NCBI GenBank assembly: GCA_951804945.1
Contig: OX638153.1
Coordinates: 66,154,001 to 66,218,000, forward strand
Direction of reading: 5' to 3'
Length of the DNA stretch: 64,000 bases
From: Podarcis cretensis
Lineage: Eukaryota
Shown here: in pieces, positions 50,409 to 63,270 of the stretch
Numbering within the stretch: the first letter of the stretch is position 1
Layout of the letters: each line of letters opens with the position of its first letter
The notes under the pieces: model-generated
The model's input: only the letters and a program-made list of their open reading frames with translations
The model's database searches: none
What the model was told of the DNA's origin: nothing
Made by a program: the position numbers and the translations under genes

Positions 50409-50666
50409 CCGTATTTTTCGCTCTATAAGATGCACCAGACCACAAGACACACCTAGTTTTTGGAGGAGGAAAACAAGAAAAAAAAAATCTGAATCTCAGA
50501 AGCCAGAACAGCAAGAGGGATCGCTACGCAGTGAAAGCAGCAATCCCTCTTGCTGTTCTGGCTTCTGGGATAGCTGCGCAGCCTGCATTCACTCCATAAG
50601 ACGCACACACATTTCCCCTTACTTTTTAGGAGGGAAAAAGTGAGTCTTATAGAGCAAAAAATACGG
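50409..50666. mobile_element. Tc2/pogo-like MITE with internal hairpin
   Basis: TA|CCGTATTTTTCGCTCTATAAGA ... TCTTATAGAGCAAAAAATACGG|TA. Confidence 0.85.
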
Positions 50667-50785
50667 TATTTATCAGCTGAGTGCTTAAGTGTCTTGTTAC
50701 AGCAGAAGTGTCTCTGCTCATCTGCAAAAGGGGAGTAAATTTACCATTGTTCTAAGTTGAACAAAACTTCCTTTTACCTGAGCAG

Positions 50786-51001
50786 GTGTTCCATGTGCCG
50801 CTGGAAGAGAGGAAATACAAGGACATGAACCAGTTTGGGGAAGGGGAGCAGGCCAAAATCTGCTTGGACATCATGCAGAAGACGGGAGCTCACCTGGAGC
50901 TGTCTCTCGCAAAGGATCAGGGACTCTCGATCATGGTCTCTGGCAAGCTAGAAGCAGTGATGAAGGCTCGAAAGAAGATCGTAGCTCAGCTTCAGACACA
51001 G
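50786..51001 (+). CDS. HDLBP: HDLBP coding exon (VFHVPLEERKYKDMNQFGEGEQAKIC...QLQTQ)
   Basis: gcag|GTG TTC...CAG|gtgag; 216 nt. Confidence 0.97.
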
Positions 51002-53449
51002 GTGAGTGACTTGGTTCTCTCCTCTTCCCACTGTGTGACCTTCCTCAAGGTGTGGGTGCTCATAAAACCAAACATAGATTTTAGTAGGCCGGCTCACCTT
51101 TGCAGTGCATCTTAAGTGCATGGAAGGTCACTGGAGTGATGCCATGTGTTTTCAACTGAGCTTCAAAAGCTAATTGCAGTTTAATTGACCATGGCTCCCC
51201 ACATACTTTTCTAGCAGCCAATGTTAGGCAAGTAATCTCTCCAGAAGCCAGAACCTGGTGATTGTTATAGATGGTGCATTCAAAGTTTTTTCTTCCAAAA
51301 GCTCAGTGCTCCCTGAGGAGTGGGGCGGGGGGGGGGGGGATACATTGAAATTGGGATCTCTTCCCCACTACTTTCTGTGGCAAAGCACTTGGCAACATTA
51401 GAGGAGAGATGCTACAGTTACCTTAAGAGAGGCAAGGCATGAGTGATGGGCAGGGCAGCATCCAACCTTCTTACTCCCTTGGCAAAAGAAAGTGGACTGA
51501 GTCCCCTACATCATTTTGTGGTGGGTGTTGCATCCCTTAAGGTGGCTAATGCCCATTGACCCTAAGCTGTTGGCTAATTAAGTACTAAAGTACTAGACTT
51601 GGCTTGTACTAGATGGCCCAAAGAATTCTATGAGCCAGTTTAGAATGGATTGTGTTTAGAAAAAAGTGGGATGTCAGTAAATATGTAGATGGGGTGATCA
51701 TGAAGACACCTGTCAAAAGGTTTTGGTAGGTGTGTGAAGTCCCTCAAAAGTAGCTGAGTAAACATAGCGGTTATAGGATAAGACGATGGATTGTCTTGTG
51801 AATTGGTAACTGGCTAAAATGGGTAGGGAGCTAGATCTGGCTGGCTAGGGCCAGACCCTTATCTCCATACACACTGTGGGCCAAATTTTGACAGGTTGGC
51901 ATGGCCACTCACTTGATATCACAGTGACATTAAGTGACCTATTTTTTGCCTGCCTGGTCTGAAATCCTGCTATGAAAATAATGGGCAGAGCTCTGTCTCC
52001 ATCGCCAGGAAAGAGAAAGTGGGTGCATGGGCAAGTACATATATTCTCAACTCTTCTGTAGCCTGTCTGCCAACCACCAGAATTTAGCTTGCAGTTGAGA
52101 ACTTCTGTGTTTGGATAAATGAGAACCTTGAACTAACTCTCTGTATTTGTGACAGCATGACTAAGTTTTCGAGTGGGACTTTAGAGCATCCTGATTTATC
52201 CCATAAGCCCCTCTGGCAATGGAAAACTCTTACTTGGGCATTATGCCCTCCACCAAGGGAAATATTAATATCCCGTTCTATCTAAAATTTAATAGGTTCA
52301 GAAAGGACATAGGAAATAGCTTGAGGGTTATGTTCAACATAATTATGCTTAATCTGTGTTGTAACATTAGGGTCTAGAGATCATACAATCAGGCTAGTCT
52401 GAGTGGTTGAGCTTGTTCTGAAGTGTTTCCAATTCACACTGCAGCTGGGAGTCTTTTGTTCCAATGAAGACTGAGAAATTTAAATGAAGATGAGAGTCTG
52501 CACGGCTGAATGCTTCCTTCCACTGTCACTCGCCTACCCACATAACTTTACTGAATGAAATGCTATGTTAGGGAGGGAGAAGGCTAGGCTGAGTCTTAAT
52601 AAAGCTGAGTGGACAAAATGTGTGCCTGGGAGAACTTGGCAGGGACTTTTATTTTTCTTAATTTGGGGAAGCAGTCAAACATGTTTTTTTTTAAAAAAAA
52701 ACAAGTGTAGGTGCCTCTAAGTGGTTTACCAGAAATATTGGAATGATCAATAATTAATAAGTAAAAGATTGTAATTTTTCAGCATCTATGTGTCTGGATA
52801 GGCTTGCCTAAACAAAAAATGATTTAAGCAGGCACTGAAAAGAGCTCAGGAAACGTGCCTGCCTGATGCCAATAGACAGAGAGCTTTTCTACCTGAAACC
52901 TCAAGTAGTACAGTTCATGCAAATTTCTTTATTACTTGATTCTGCTGGATAAACACCTCCTATCTCTGATAGTTGTATACAGTGGTGAACTTGGACATGC
53001 ACAGTCACCTCCTCCACCTCCTCCTGCATATGGTGGGAGAAATTGCACTGCTGACATTCTGTCCTCCATTATGGCATTAAGGGCAAAACAGCTCTGTTGG
53101 ATTGGTCAGCCCAACCTTTAGGGCTGGAATGGAGTGTGTGTGTGTGTGTGTGTGTACAGCCATTTTCTCTTGGGGATAAGTTGTCGGGTGCTAGTGGTGG
53201 GCAGATGCACTCCCTCACACAGCAGATAGTTTTTGACAGAAGTCTCTATCGATCAGTTGCCGAGGGTTTATTCCCCCTCCTTCCACTGCACCATCCATTT
53301 CAACTTCCTTCTCCTCCTCTCCCCTCACTTCTGCATGAAATTAGGCTGAGGGCTACAGGTTTTCTCATCCGTGCCTTAAGGTGATAGAGACACATCCGTG
53401 TCATGGAACTGGCCTGCAGCTTCATCCCGCATCTTGATGTCTGTTGTAG

Positions 53450-53656
53450 GCTTCAGCAACGGTGCCCATTCCCAAGGAGCATCATCGCTTTGTCATTGGC
53501 AAAAGTGGAGAGAAGTTGCAGGACCTTGAGCTCAAAACTGCCACTAAGATCCAGATCCCCCGCCCGGATGACCCCAGCAACCAGATCAAGATCACCGGCA
53601 CCAAGGAAGGGATTGAGAAGGCGCGGCATGAGATCCTGCTGATCTCTGCTGAGCAG
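53450..53656 (+). CDS. HDLBP: HDLBP coding exon, KH domain (ASATVPIPKEHHRFVIGKSGEKL...ISAEQ)
   Basis: gtag|GCT TCA...CAG|gtaag; 207 nt; GxxG loop. Confidence 0.97.
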
Positions 53657-55202
53657 GTAAGCAGCATTCCCACCCTTACTGCTTCTGAGAAACATTGCTG
53701 TTGTTATGCCTTTTCTGAGGGGAGCACTTTTAAGACAAGCTGTCTTACTCCTGGCCTCTGCAGAGCATTTACAATAACCAGAACAACTCCCAGATTGGGT
53801 AGTTTTATAAGCAACTATATTGAGCAAATAAGGCATTACAGGTACTGCTGTTCTGCTCTTCCAGGTGGTTAAAATCTATGGCCCTAAACATGCACATCTG
53901 AAAAATAAGTTCCATTAACGTCATTTGGACTTCTGGGTAAACAGAGCACCAAGATGTTTTGTATACGAAGCTATGTCGGATTGGGCAGAGCAATCCAAAT
54001 GCCTCTTTCATCAGCACAGTGATCAGGTCTGGATTGGGACAGATGCTGTCTGGTGATGCCTGTAAGACCAAACAAATGTGGCTCAGTCCCACTCCCTCCC
54101 TGCCCTTGGAGCACCTTGTTCTGAGGCTTTGAACTGGTGGGGATGCTATCTGCAAAGGGGCATACAAGCATTGATGGTAGGCCAGATCAGCTGTGAGACC
54201 TGAGCAAGACTGCCTGAGCATCTTGCCTCCCAACCCACAGCTAGAGTGAGTAGCCAGGCAGCAGGTGCAATGGTGGCTCCCCAAAGCTTTAAGGGTGGAT
54301 TGGATTCAGGTTGCAGCCCAAGACTCTATATGCTGTTCTCTACTACCTGCCATGTATATGGAATGTGCAGGTCCAATCATGCTGAGAAGCGACCTGCATC
54401 CAAATAGTTGTGGGTTAAACTCTAGGTGGCACCACCTTTTGATGACAATTCCAGGAAACGCACATATAACACACCCATTTTCCCCACAACAATCATCAAT
54501 ATGTAGAGCGGCCCGAAGGCATGAGGCTGGTTAGACAATTGGAGGGTTTCTGGGAAACAGGTTACTCTTGAGTTGGGTTCTCTGGAATAGGGAGATCATC
54601 CCTTACCTCCTAGGCTTTTTGGTTATTTCAGTTGCCTTTCCAGATGCCTTGCATCTGCACTTTCAACCACTGCATATGCAATTCTGTCCACAGACTGTCC
54701 GAAACCAAACCAAGTCCCCTATTCCATTCCCCATATATTTGGGGATTACATGGACTGTTAAGAATAAACACTGATGCAGCAATCTCAGTGAACTGTATCA
54801 TATAATAGTCTTCCCACACCCCACTCTTTTCCTTGTTCTTCTGGACTCTTGTTTTGAGTTCCCTCTGCCTTCAATGTCCTTCCTTTATCCCACACTCCAC
54901 AGCACTTCTAATAACCTTGCTGATCCAGGCTCTGCTTTTAACAAGCCACATGTCTGCAGCCCGGTCAGGTTATCCAAGGTGCCACTTTTGGGGAAGGGAG
55001 GAATAATGTTTCAGGAAAAGCTGGAGGCATGTGAACATCAGTCTCAAGAGCTTCACACTAAGGAGTATAGGAATTTCAGTGAAATTCCTGTAGGCTTGAC
55101 ATCCTTTGGTAACATCTGCTTGGAACACTTCTTTCCTTGCAATGTTAGGCTTTGCTGTGTAGGAAAAACAATAGAACATGCACATATTGCTTTATTTCCC
55201 AG

Positions 55203-55418
55203 GATAAGCGTGCAGTTGAAAGGTTGGAGGTGGAGAAGGTATATCATCCTTTCATTGCTGGCCCTTTCAACAAGCTGGTTGGTGAGATCATGCAGGAGAC
55301 AGGGACACGCATAAACATCCCACCTCCCAGTGTCAACAGAACGGAGATAGTCTTCACTGGAGAAAAGGAGCAGCTGGCCCAAGCAGTTGCTTGTGTTAAG
55401 AAGATCTACGAGGAGAAG
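55203..55418 (+). CDS. HDLBP: HDLBP coding exon, KH domain (DKRAVERLEVEKVYHPFIAGPFNK...IYEEK)
   Basis: ccag|GAT AAG...AAG|gtaag; 216 nt. Confidence 0.97.
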
Positions 55419-55831
55419 GTAAGGTTCTTCGTGGTCTCTGAGCAGTGCCACATTGCACAGACCAGCCCTGGGTTGTCTTTTCCCTCTGATTTGTGGGGTG
55501 CTCTTCCCTGTCTAGTTTTCCCTTCACCTCCACAAATGTGAATTGGGACAGACGTATAGTGTTCTCATTCTTTGCAGCTTGCGACAGATGCTCACCAGGA
55601 GAGCACACTACCTACAGAATCATGAGACTTGCTCACTGGAACTTATGCACAAACACAGATTCACTGATGGCTTGATTAGCTAATCAAGATTATGTAGCAC
55701 ATACAGACAAGTTTCTTTTTCTGGTCTGCCCCATTTCTAATCCTAGAGATTTCCTGGTGGCTTCCCCAATGCACCCCCTTTCTTTTTCCCTAGTCCTTAT
55801 TACTCATGCCTTAGCTCCTTTCTCCCTACAG

Positions 55832-56038
55832 AAGAAGAAGACTACCACCATTGCTGTGGAGGTGAAGAAGTCCCAGCATAAGTACGTCATCGGTCCCAAA
55901 GGGAACTCCCTGCAGGAGATCTTGGAGAAAACTGGAGTCTCGGTCGAGATACCACCCACAGACAGCAGCTCAGAGACTGTGATACTGCGTGGCGAACCTG
56001 AAAAGCTTGGGCAGGCACTGACTGAAGTCTATGCCAAG
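55832..56038 (+). CDS. HDLBP: HDLBP coding exon, KH domain (KKKTTTIAVEVKKSQHKYVIGPKGNSL...EVYAK)
   Basis: acag|AAG AAG AAG...AAG|gtaac; 207 nt. Confidence 0.97.
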
Positions 56039-56770
56039 GTAACCAGGTTGCCACGCAGCTAGGCCTTTCTGGTAGTCAGTACGTTTGTTAGGATTGCTAT
56101 ATTGCTGGAATGCAGCATGGCTCAGAATGCATACATATAGTGTGTTCAGTTACAATCAACAATGGGGACAACATTTTTTGCTGCATGAAATGGGGGGCAC
56201 ATGTGAGTGAAGCGGGTGGTGGCAGCGGGCATTAACTGGACACAGATTCCACACCCCTACCCCAGACACATAAACAAAGAGACAGCCTTCACCCTTTCTC
56301 TGTGCAGGGATGGGGAGGTTCTGTCATGTGCTTACCCCCTGCTACTCAGTTGTTTAGTGCTGGGAACAGGTGAGGAGAGCTCCTATTGGAGTGCTACTCA
56401 GCTATTCCTAGGGCTATTTTGCTGGGCAGTGCGGGGGGTGGGAGTGGGCTTTGAATTCAGGTGGAGTGTGGGCCTCATGGCATTCAGGTGAGGACCACGG
56501 TTGGGCCTTGGGCAATTGTTATGTGATAATAAACTTTCACAAATGCTGCATAAAAATGCTAATAGATAGCTGTTACAATACAATAATATTATTAAGCTGT
56601 TGTGTTTTGCTGAACACTGCAACTTCTTGTCTGGTACCCGACAAGATCCTTCAGTTAAGGATACTGGATTGTGATGGGAACTAGAGTGATCCGGCGTCTG
56701 AGTGGTTTGAGTTAATGGATATTGCTAATTGAATTTTAAATTTCTTCATAACAACACTGTCCTTTTTCAG

Positions 56771-56878
56771 GCCAACAGTTTCACAGTCTCCTCTGTCTCC
56801 GCCCCCTCTTGGCTTCACCGTTTCATCATTGGCAAGAAAGGGCAAAACCTGGCCAAAATCACCCAGCAAATGCCAAAG
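56771..56878 (+). CDS. HDLBP: HDLBP coding exon (ANSFTVSSVSAPSWLHRFIIGKKGQNLAKITQQMPK)
   Basis: ttcag|GCC AAC...AAG|gtatg; 108 nt. Confidence 0.97.
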
Positions 56879-58309
56879 GTATGAGCATCTCAAAAGTGAA
56901 TTCTCACCTATTGGCGTTGGAATTGAGGAATTGTTAGATTACAATGTCTCAAAAGGTGTGCGTGTACATATATGTCATTAGCTCTGAGGCAGACTTGTAG
57001 TCTGAGGGACAAAGTTTGCAGAGTCTCACCTTGGTCTTCCTAGAAGGAATAGAGAAATTGAAACCTTGAAAGCCCTTGTGGCTTTTTACCATGCTTTGGG
57101 GGCATTCTGAAACATGAGCCAGAGATTCCAAGTAACTTCTACTCTTGTGAAATTGGGAGAAATTAAGTTGGCAGCAAGACAGAAAATGAGAAAGCAGATT
57201 CCACCTGTCACTATCTCCCATTTTAGATAGGATTAGCTTTTCAGAGACACTTGAATTTGTGGTGGTTGTGCTTTTGTGTTTATTTTATCTTAACTGTAAA
57301 AAACCAAAACAATTTCACCACAAATAGGGCCAAATAGCAGCTAAACACAGCCAGTGAAAAAACTTAGTGCTCCTCAAAGTTTGCATATAATTTTCAACTA
57401 ATGCCTTAGTTGTTTTCTGTAAATAACCTATTAATTAAATATTTGATGGAAAAATACAGTGTTGAATCACCTTGTTTTGAATGTTCACTAAAAAACATCT
57501 TTGAAAATTATATAGAATAAGAATATAAAAAACCCAAAAAGTTATAATATATAGAGAAACTGAAGTGTACTGATAAAGGCCATTCCATACAGTTTCTAAA
57601 AAGACGAGTAGAGCAAGATACATTGAATTTAAATATTGATATACATAGTGAAAAAAGTGGAGCATGCTTTATTTAGTCAAGTATATTTTACTGAATCAAC
57701 CATATTATTTTAATATGTGCAGATTTAAGCTGTGTGAATCATCATGGACATACGAAATAAATCCATACATCCCATATCACAAAAATTGTTCTGCTTTGTC
57801 CTCTTCCAACTCTTAATTTGTATGTAAGCTTTTCTAAAAAGGGTATATCCCACACTTCATTATACCACAATAAAAGATTGGCACTTACTCGGTCTTTCCA
57901 ATGGCTGGCTATAATGGCTCTGACCAGCTGTTAGTGTGTGATACCATCTGTAAAAAGAGGGTAGCTCATGCCTAAAGTTTAGTGAAGTAGATGCTTGTTG
58001 AGTGAGGCTGGGGAGGGAATTCCACCAATGGAGTGCCACCTCAAAGAAAGCTTTGTTCTACTAGGCAACTGTCTCTCACCCAAAGCTTCAGTTGGCTAGA
58101 ATAAGGCTTCAGCACATGTTTTTAACCATGAAGTAGTTCCCTAGATCCTACCCCTCCTTCCCATCTTTAGAAAACACAAGTTCAAGGGGTTTCTTGCAGC
58201 ATCTCCGCTTGCAGGCAAAAGCCACATTGCCACTTTCATTCCCCTGCCATTACATGGATCCCTCTTCGGTAGTTTCATGCTGATGCTGAATTTTCTCCCT
58301 TACTGGAAG

Positions 58310-58414
58310 GTTCACATAGAATTCACTGAAGGAGAAGATAGAATCACTCTGGAGGGACCCACTGAAGATGTCAACATGGCTCAAGAACAAATTGAGAACA
58401 TGGTCAAGGATCTG
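58310..58414 (+). CDS. HDLBP: HDLBP coding exon (VHIEFTEGEDRITLEGPTEDVNMAQEQIENMVKDL)
   Basis: ggaag|GTT CAC...CTG|gtgagt; 105 nt. Confidence 0.95.
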
Positions 58415-58906
58415 GTGAGTTAAGAAGCCCTAGTTTGATTTTGTGTGGCCATCTTATCAGAATGAAAGGTGCAGATGCAAGCCATCATCACTCAGAACTA
58501 TCAAGCCTCATATTGTGTCCTCCTACGTAGATTAAATATGCAATTTATATTCCATAGCAAAGCAAGTGCACCGAGTTCAGTGGAGTTGACATCTGGCATG
58601 TGTGCTTAGGACTGCAGTTCTGGAGACAAAAGGAGGCTGTTGATTTTTTTCAATGGAATGGCCATAAAGGGAACAAAGAGCTGTGTTAGAAACATAATCT
58701 GGGTCAAGTGATGGTGAAACTGCTGAGTGTCCCCAAGCTGTGTGCTCTTTGCTCAGGCTTGAGCTACTTTCCTCAACAGAACATCTGGATCCAATAGTGG
58801 CCAGTTATCTATTGTGTCATGGCTGATGTTGCTGTCCTGTTTCTGTTCTTTGTTCCTCGGCTAGAGGAGTATGTGTTTCTGGCTAACTGTGGTGTGCACT
58901 TTGCAG

Positions 58907-58985
58907 ATTAACCGGATGGATTATACTGAAATCAATATTGACCATAAATTCCACAGACATCTCATTGGAAAGAGTGGAGCCAACA
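58907..58985 (+). CDS. HDLBP: HDLBP coding exon (INRMDYTEINIDHKFHRHLIGKSGAN)
   Basis: tgcag|ATT AAC...AAC A|gtgag; 79 nt. Confidence 0.96.
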
Positions 58986-59492
58986 GTGAGTTAAATGCTT
59001 GTTCAGTGTCTCCCTGTGTGTGTAATATGTGTTGCTGTTGTCCCTGTTAGAGATAACCTACAATCTCATCTCTCTGGGTCTCTAGCTGTACTTCTGGGTC
59101 TCGAGGACTGAGGTGTTCTGGAGAACTAATAATGTGCTCTCTGCAAATATGGGAGGTCCTTCTTGAGAAACTTTCTTAATTTGTTTCTGGTTAGAATAGA
59201 TAACAGAAAATTTCAAGTGGGGGGGGATCTTATTCTAATTATTATCCTAATTATTCTATTGAACACAGTTTCCAATGGGAAGATATGTGTCTCTTTCTTA
59301 AAACATCGTGTTGACTAAGCATTGAAATCCCGCTGCCCCCTCTACTAGTTTGTCCTCTGTGAATAGGTCAGTGTCTCCTACAGCGCAAGTAATCCTTAAA
59401 GGAGAAAGCCTCTTGTTCTGAAACTCTGAAGCCTTGATTGCAGAGCATATGCAGTGGACGAGTGTTCTTAGCAGAATCTTTTTGATTTGCAG

Positions 59493-59632
59493 TCAACAGG
59501 ATTAAGGATCAGTACAAAGTGTCTGTGCGAATCCCTCCAGACAATGAGAAGAGCAACCTCATCAGAATTGAAGGAGACCCTCAGGGAGTTCAAGAGGCCA
59601 AGAGAGAGCTGCTGGAACTTGCATCGCGCATG
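59493..59632 (+). CDS. HDLBP: HDLBP coding exon (INRIKDQYKVSVRIPPDNEKSNLIRIEGDPQGVQEAKRELLELASRM)
   Basis: tgcag|TC AAC...ATG|gtgag; 140 nt. Confidence 0.96.
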
Positions 59633-59902
59633 GTGAGCCATGGAGAACTGGACTGTGTCCAGGAGAGAAGTGTTAACTACTAGCGAGGCTTCCTGCCAAA
59701 CTTTCCCACACACCAGGGAAGCGATTCTGTTTTATCTCTCTACCTGGGTGGTGCGTCATTGTGGTGACGTTTGTGGGTTGTCAAACTTTGCAGCTTGACT
59801 GGTTGGTAGATCTGCCTGTTGTGCAAGTGTGAATAAAATACATGTGTTTCAAGCATGGGGACTTTTAATCATGGAGACTCCCACCCCATTTTTCCTCCCC
59901 AG

Positions 59903-60007
59903 GAAAATGAACGCACAAAGGACCTGATCATTGACCAGAAATTCCATAGAACTATCATTGGGCAGAAGGGTGAACGGATTCGGGATACCCGGGATAAATT
60001 TCCAGAG
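59903..60007 (+). CDS. HDLBP: HDLBP coding exon (ENERTKDLIIDQKFHRTIIGQKGERIRDTRDKFPE)
   Basis: ccag|GAA AAT...GAG|gtaac; 105 nt. Confidence 0.96.
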
Positions 60008-61120
60008 GTAACAAAAGTCTTTGAAACACACACACAACAGAGAGACAGATTAAAATGTATTTTTATATTGACTTGATTACAGGCATCTCCCCGCTTGCAC
60101 GTGATCAGCATGCATGTGACCGCTGACACTCGCACCATTTTCAGTGCCTAAAGGGTGTGGGGCGATGTGGTCTTGCGCACGTCCTGCTGATGCATGCGGT
60201 GACCAGGAATGGAACCCCCATGCAATTGGGGGTTGCATAGTGCTCTTAAATGGGGCCCCTAGTGGCTTCCTATTCACACTCCGCAGCAACTCTAATGTCC
60301 TAGACCATTCACTTGGCCCCAGTATTTCTTTATTTAAAATTTAAAAAGTCATCAGGTTGGCAGAATCATTGCCTATTTGGTACATCCTGTCTGTGTTTTT
60401 TTTCTCCCTCAAAATAGTTTCAACTGTTCGTAGGAGGCTCCTTCTTTCATGCTTTTCTGACACATCCCTCTCCTCATAAATGTAAAACAGCCTTTTATTG
60501 AAGTCAAGACAACACTGTCTCTTTCAGCTTACATAGCAGGAAGGAGATACCCAAAACTTTACGTTTGACTTTCTTCAGTAATGTTTTATTCTGGATTATT
60601 TTAATTGATGTTTTAATGTGTTGTAAACTGCTTTGAGATTTTTTTCTTTAAAATATAAAGCGGTATAGAAATGAAATCAATAATATAATTTAGAAAATCA
60701 AAGCTCTGTCTTTGGTTCAAAGCATACTGGGTCTCAACTGAAGTTGTCCAAAGTAAAGCAGCTTCCTATCCCGGTTCTTTCTTCCTTCCTTTCTTTCTTA
60801 ATTTCTGTGCCTCTTAAGAAATAATGTTTGGAGGTGCTGTTTTAGACACATACAAAAAAGGGTGGCTGTGGGTGTTAGCCAACTATTGCAGCAGAGTGGG
60901 GTTTTTATTTTACTGTTCCTTCTCCTTTATCTACTTCTCACTCATATTACATTGTGCTAATTCACCTATAGCAAGATGATATCATATAGCAATAACTAGT
61001 ATAGGGCCATGTCTTGGAGCACAGAGGAAAACTCTAAGTTTTGAATTCCACAGTATGGAAATAACCTCCTGGGACTCAGCAACCTGTTTAACATTATCTT
61101 GGATTAACTATTTCTTGCAG

Positions 61121-61234
61121 GTTATTATCAACTTCCCAGATCCTTCACACAAGAGTGACATTGTCCAACTTAGAGGACCCAAGAATGAGGTGGAAAAATG
61201 CACAAAGTACATGCAGAAGATGGTGGCAGATCTG
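61121..61234 (+). CDS. HDLBP: HDLBP coding exon (VIINFPDPSHKSDIVQLRGPKNEVEKCTKYMQKMVADL)
   Basis: tgcag|GTT ATT...CTG|gtagg; 114 nt. Confidence 0.96.
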
Positions 61235-61684
61235 GTAGGTGATCATCTCTGCCTCTGCTTTCGGTTTGGTTTGCAAATACAGGGGCTTTGTTAGTGCTAA
61301 GCATTCTACTAAATCAAGCATGGGGAACCAGTGGTATATACGCCTCAATGAGATCCAGCAGGGTTATTAATTTGGCTCATGAGGCCATTTCCTGCAAGCC
61401 ACACTTACCTGTGCTTCAGCTGGTGTAATTTAGGACATGAAGTGTGAGTCAGGAAAAGACACAGCTCCCTGCCACAAGTGGGGTTTGCTGGCACTGTGAG
61501 TCAGAGGATTGGCAATGCTTTCAAACCTCTGCCACTTTTCCTTTGTGGCTTGATTTCAAACCACGTGGGCAAAGGAAGACTTCACCATAGAAATGAGTAA
61601 AACATAGGTAAAGTCACATTTACTCACACAACTTTGTGTCTATTCTTTGTTCCATTCATTCATCCATGCTTCCTTTCTTGTAAG

Positions 61685-61771
61685 GTTGAAAACAGCTACT
61701 CCATTTCAGTTCCCATCTTCAAACAATTCCACAAGAACATCATTGGGAAAGGAGGTGCAAATATCAAAAAG
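61685..61771 (+). CDS. HDLBP: HDLBP coding exon (VENSYSISVPIFKQFHKNIIGKGGANIKK)
   Basis: gtaag|GTT GAA...AAG|gtgag; 87 nt. Confidence 0.96.
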
Positions 61772-61907
61772 GTGAGACTTCCTTGATTCTTCCTTGTTAT
61801 CCTTGTAGTTTGTTACTTCTCAGTATTTCTGATACCTCCTGTTAGATATTTGGCCCAGGAGGCAGCCATGTCTGTTCCTTTAACTTTTTTTTTTGTCATT
61901 GCTATAG

Positions 61908-62039
61908 ATCCGTGAGGAATGCAGCACCAAGATTGATCTCCCAGCAGAGAATAGCAATTCGGAGACAATTATCATTACAGGGAAAAGAGCCAACTGTGAA
62001 GCTGCTCGCAATCGGATTCTCTCCATCCAAAAAGAGTTG
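61908..62039 (+). CDS. HDLBP: HDLBP coding exon (IREECSTKIDLPAENSNSETIIITGKRANCEAARNRILSIQKEL)
   Basis: atag|ATC CGT...TTG|gtaag; 132 nt. Confidence 0.96.
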
Positions 62040-62106
62040 GTAAGACAAACAGCCCTTTCAGCATAACTGCTATTACCATTTTCAGTAAAAAAAAGTTGCA
62101 TGCAGA

Positions 62107-62174
62107 TTGATTCAGTTTCCTTAGAGAAACCACAACTTTCTTGATTCAGTTTCCTTAGAGAAACCACAACTTTC
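62107..62174. repeat. Perfect 34-bp tandem duplication
   Basis: TTGATTCAGTTTCCTTAGAGAAACCACAACTTTC twice (62107-62140, 62141-62174). Confidence 0.95.
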
Positions 62175-63051
62175 TTGGGGAACGTCTTGGTTTTCTTGGG
62201 GGCATGTGTGTTAGTTTTCCTTTTGGCTTTATCAGGCATCACTCACCAAATATTCCAGGTGAACTGCCATCCAGAAATCAAAAGATCTTGGTTGCCCCTC
62301 AACTGTTCCTGTTAAAAGCCACATAATCAAAAGGTCACAATGCTGGGAAGATGTTTGGGCTTGTATTACAGTAACTCTCAGGCAAAAAGAATTGCCATGT
62401 CATATCTGCCCTCTCATCGCTGGCATGCAGAAATTAAGCAGCCGGCCAGATTTTGTGGCTAGCTCTTTAGGTATTAGTTTGAAAGCAGCAGAGGTACGTC
62501 TAAGCGATGTGCTGTTGACGCTTCAGTTCTTCTCTCCACTTTCCTTCTGCCGCTTTCACCAGCAGCTGAGAAAAGAGAAACCTAAACAGGTTGTTCTGTG
62601 TGCATTTAATATGCAATGAATTGGGGACCTCTGTAAAAAAGAGAAGGGCGGGCAGGATTTTTCAACTTACATCCATCTGAACTGAGGTTTAATATGAAGG
62701 TATCTCTGAATAACAGCTATTCCTTTTGCTGTGAGGACACTCCCCTAGAACTCCGTGTTGAAGCACATAGGCGTGCTTCTGTGGGGGTAGTGCTGCCTGA
62801 TGCAGTCAGTGACTGTCATTTGCTGACACATCCAGCTGGTTCCTGGCATGAGTCCCAGATTCCCTCTGTCAGTCTTAGTTTTGAATAAGAAATAATGGGG
62901 GGGGGGGGGGGACCTTCCTGAGCACATAGTTGGGGAGAGGGAGTTCTTTGTGCCTTCCTACAATTTCTCTGCATGAGGGAAGAGGGGGGAAAGCCTAAAT
63001 ACCTCTTCTTTTCTGTCCGTGCCTCTCCCTGCCCCCTTGCTGTTGCCCCAG

Positions 63052-63270
63052 GCTAACATTGCAGAGGTGGAGGTCTCCATCCCTTCCAAGCTGCACAACT
63101 CGCTCATTGGTGCCAAAGGTCGTTTCATCCGCTCCATCATGGAGGAATGCGGTGGGGTTCACATCCACTTCCCCACAGAAGGCTCCGGCAGCGATACAGT
63201 CACCATCAGGGGCCCTGCCCAGGACGTTGAAAAGGCCAAGAAACAGCTCCTACAACTGGCAGAAGAGAAG
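63052..63270 (+). CDS. HDLBP: HDLBP coding exon (ANIAEVEVSIPSKLHNSLIGAKGRF...LAEEK); gene continues beyond the window
   Basis: ccag|GCT AAC...AAG|gtagg; 219 nt; KH GxxG loop. Confidence 0.96.

Noticed and set aside
60080-60240. CpG-containing structured intronic segment as a possible snoRNA
   Set aside because: No convincing C/D or H/ACA box arrangement; starts TA|CAGG like a Tigger-type MITE (similar start near 28125).
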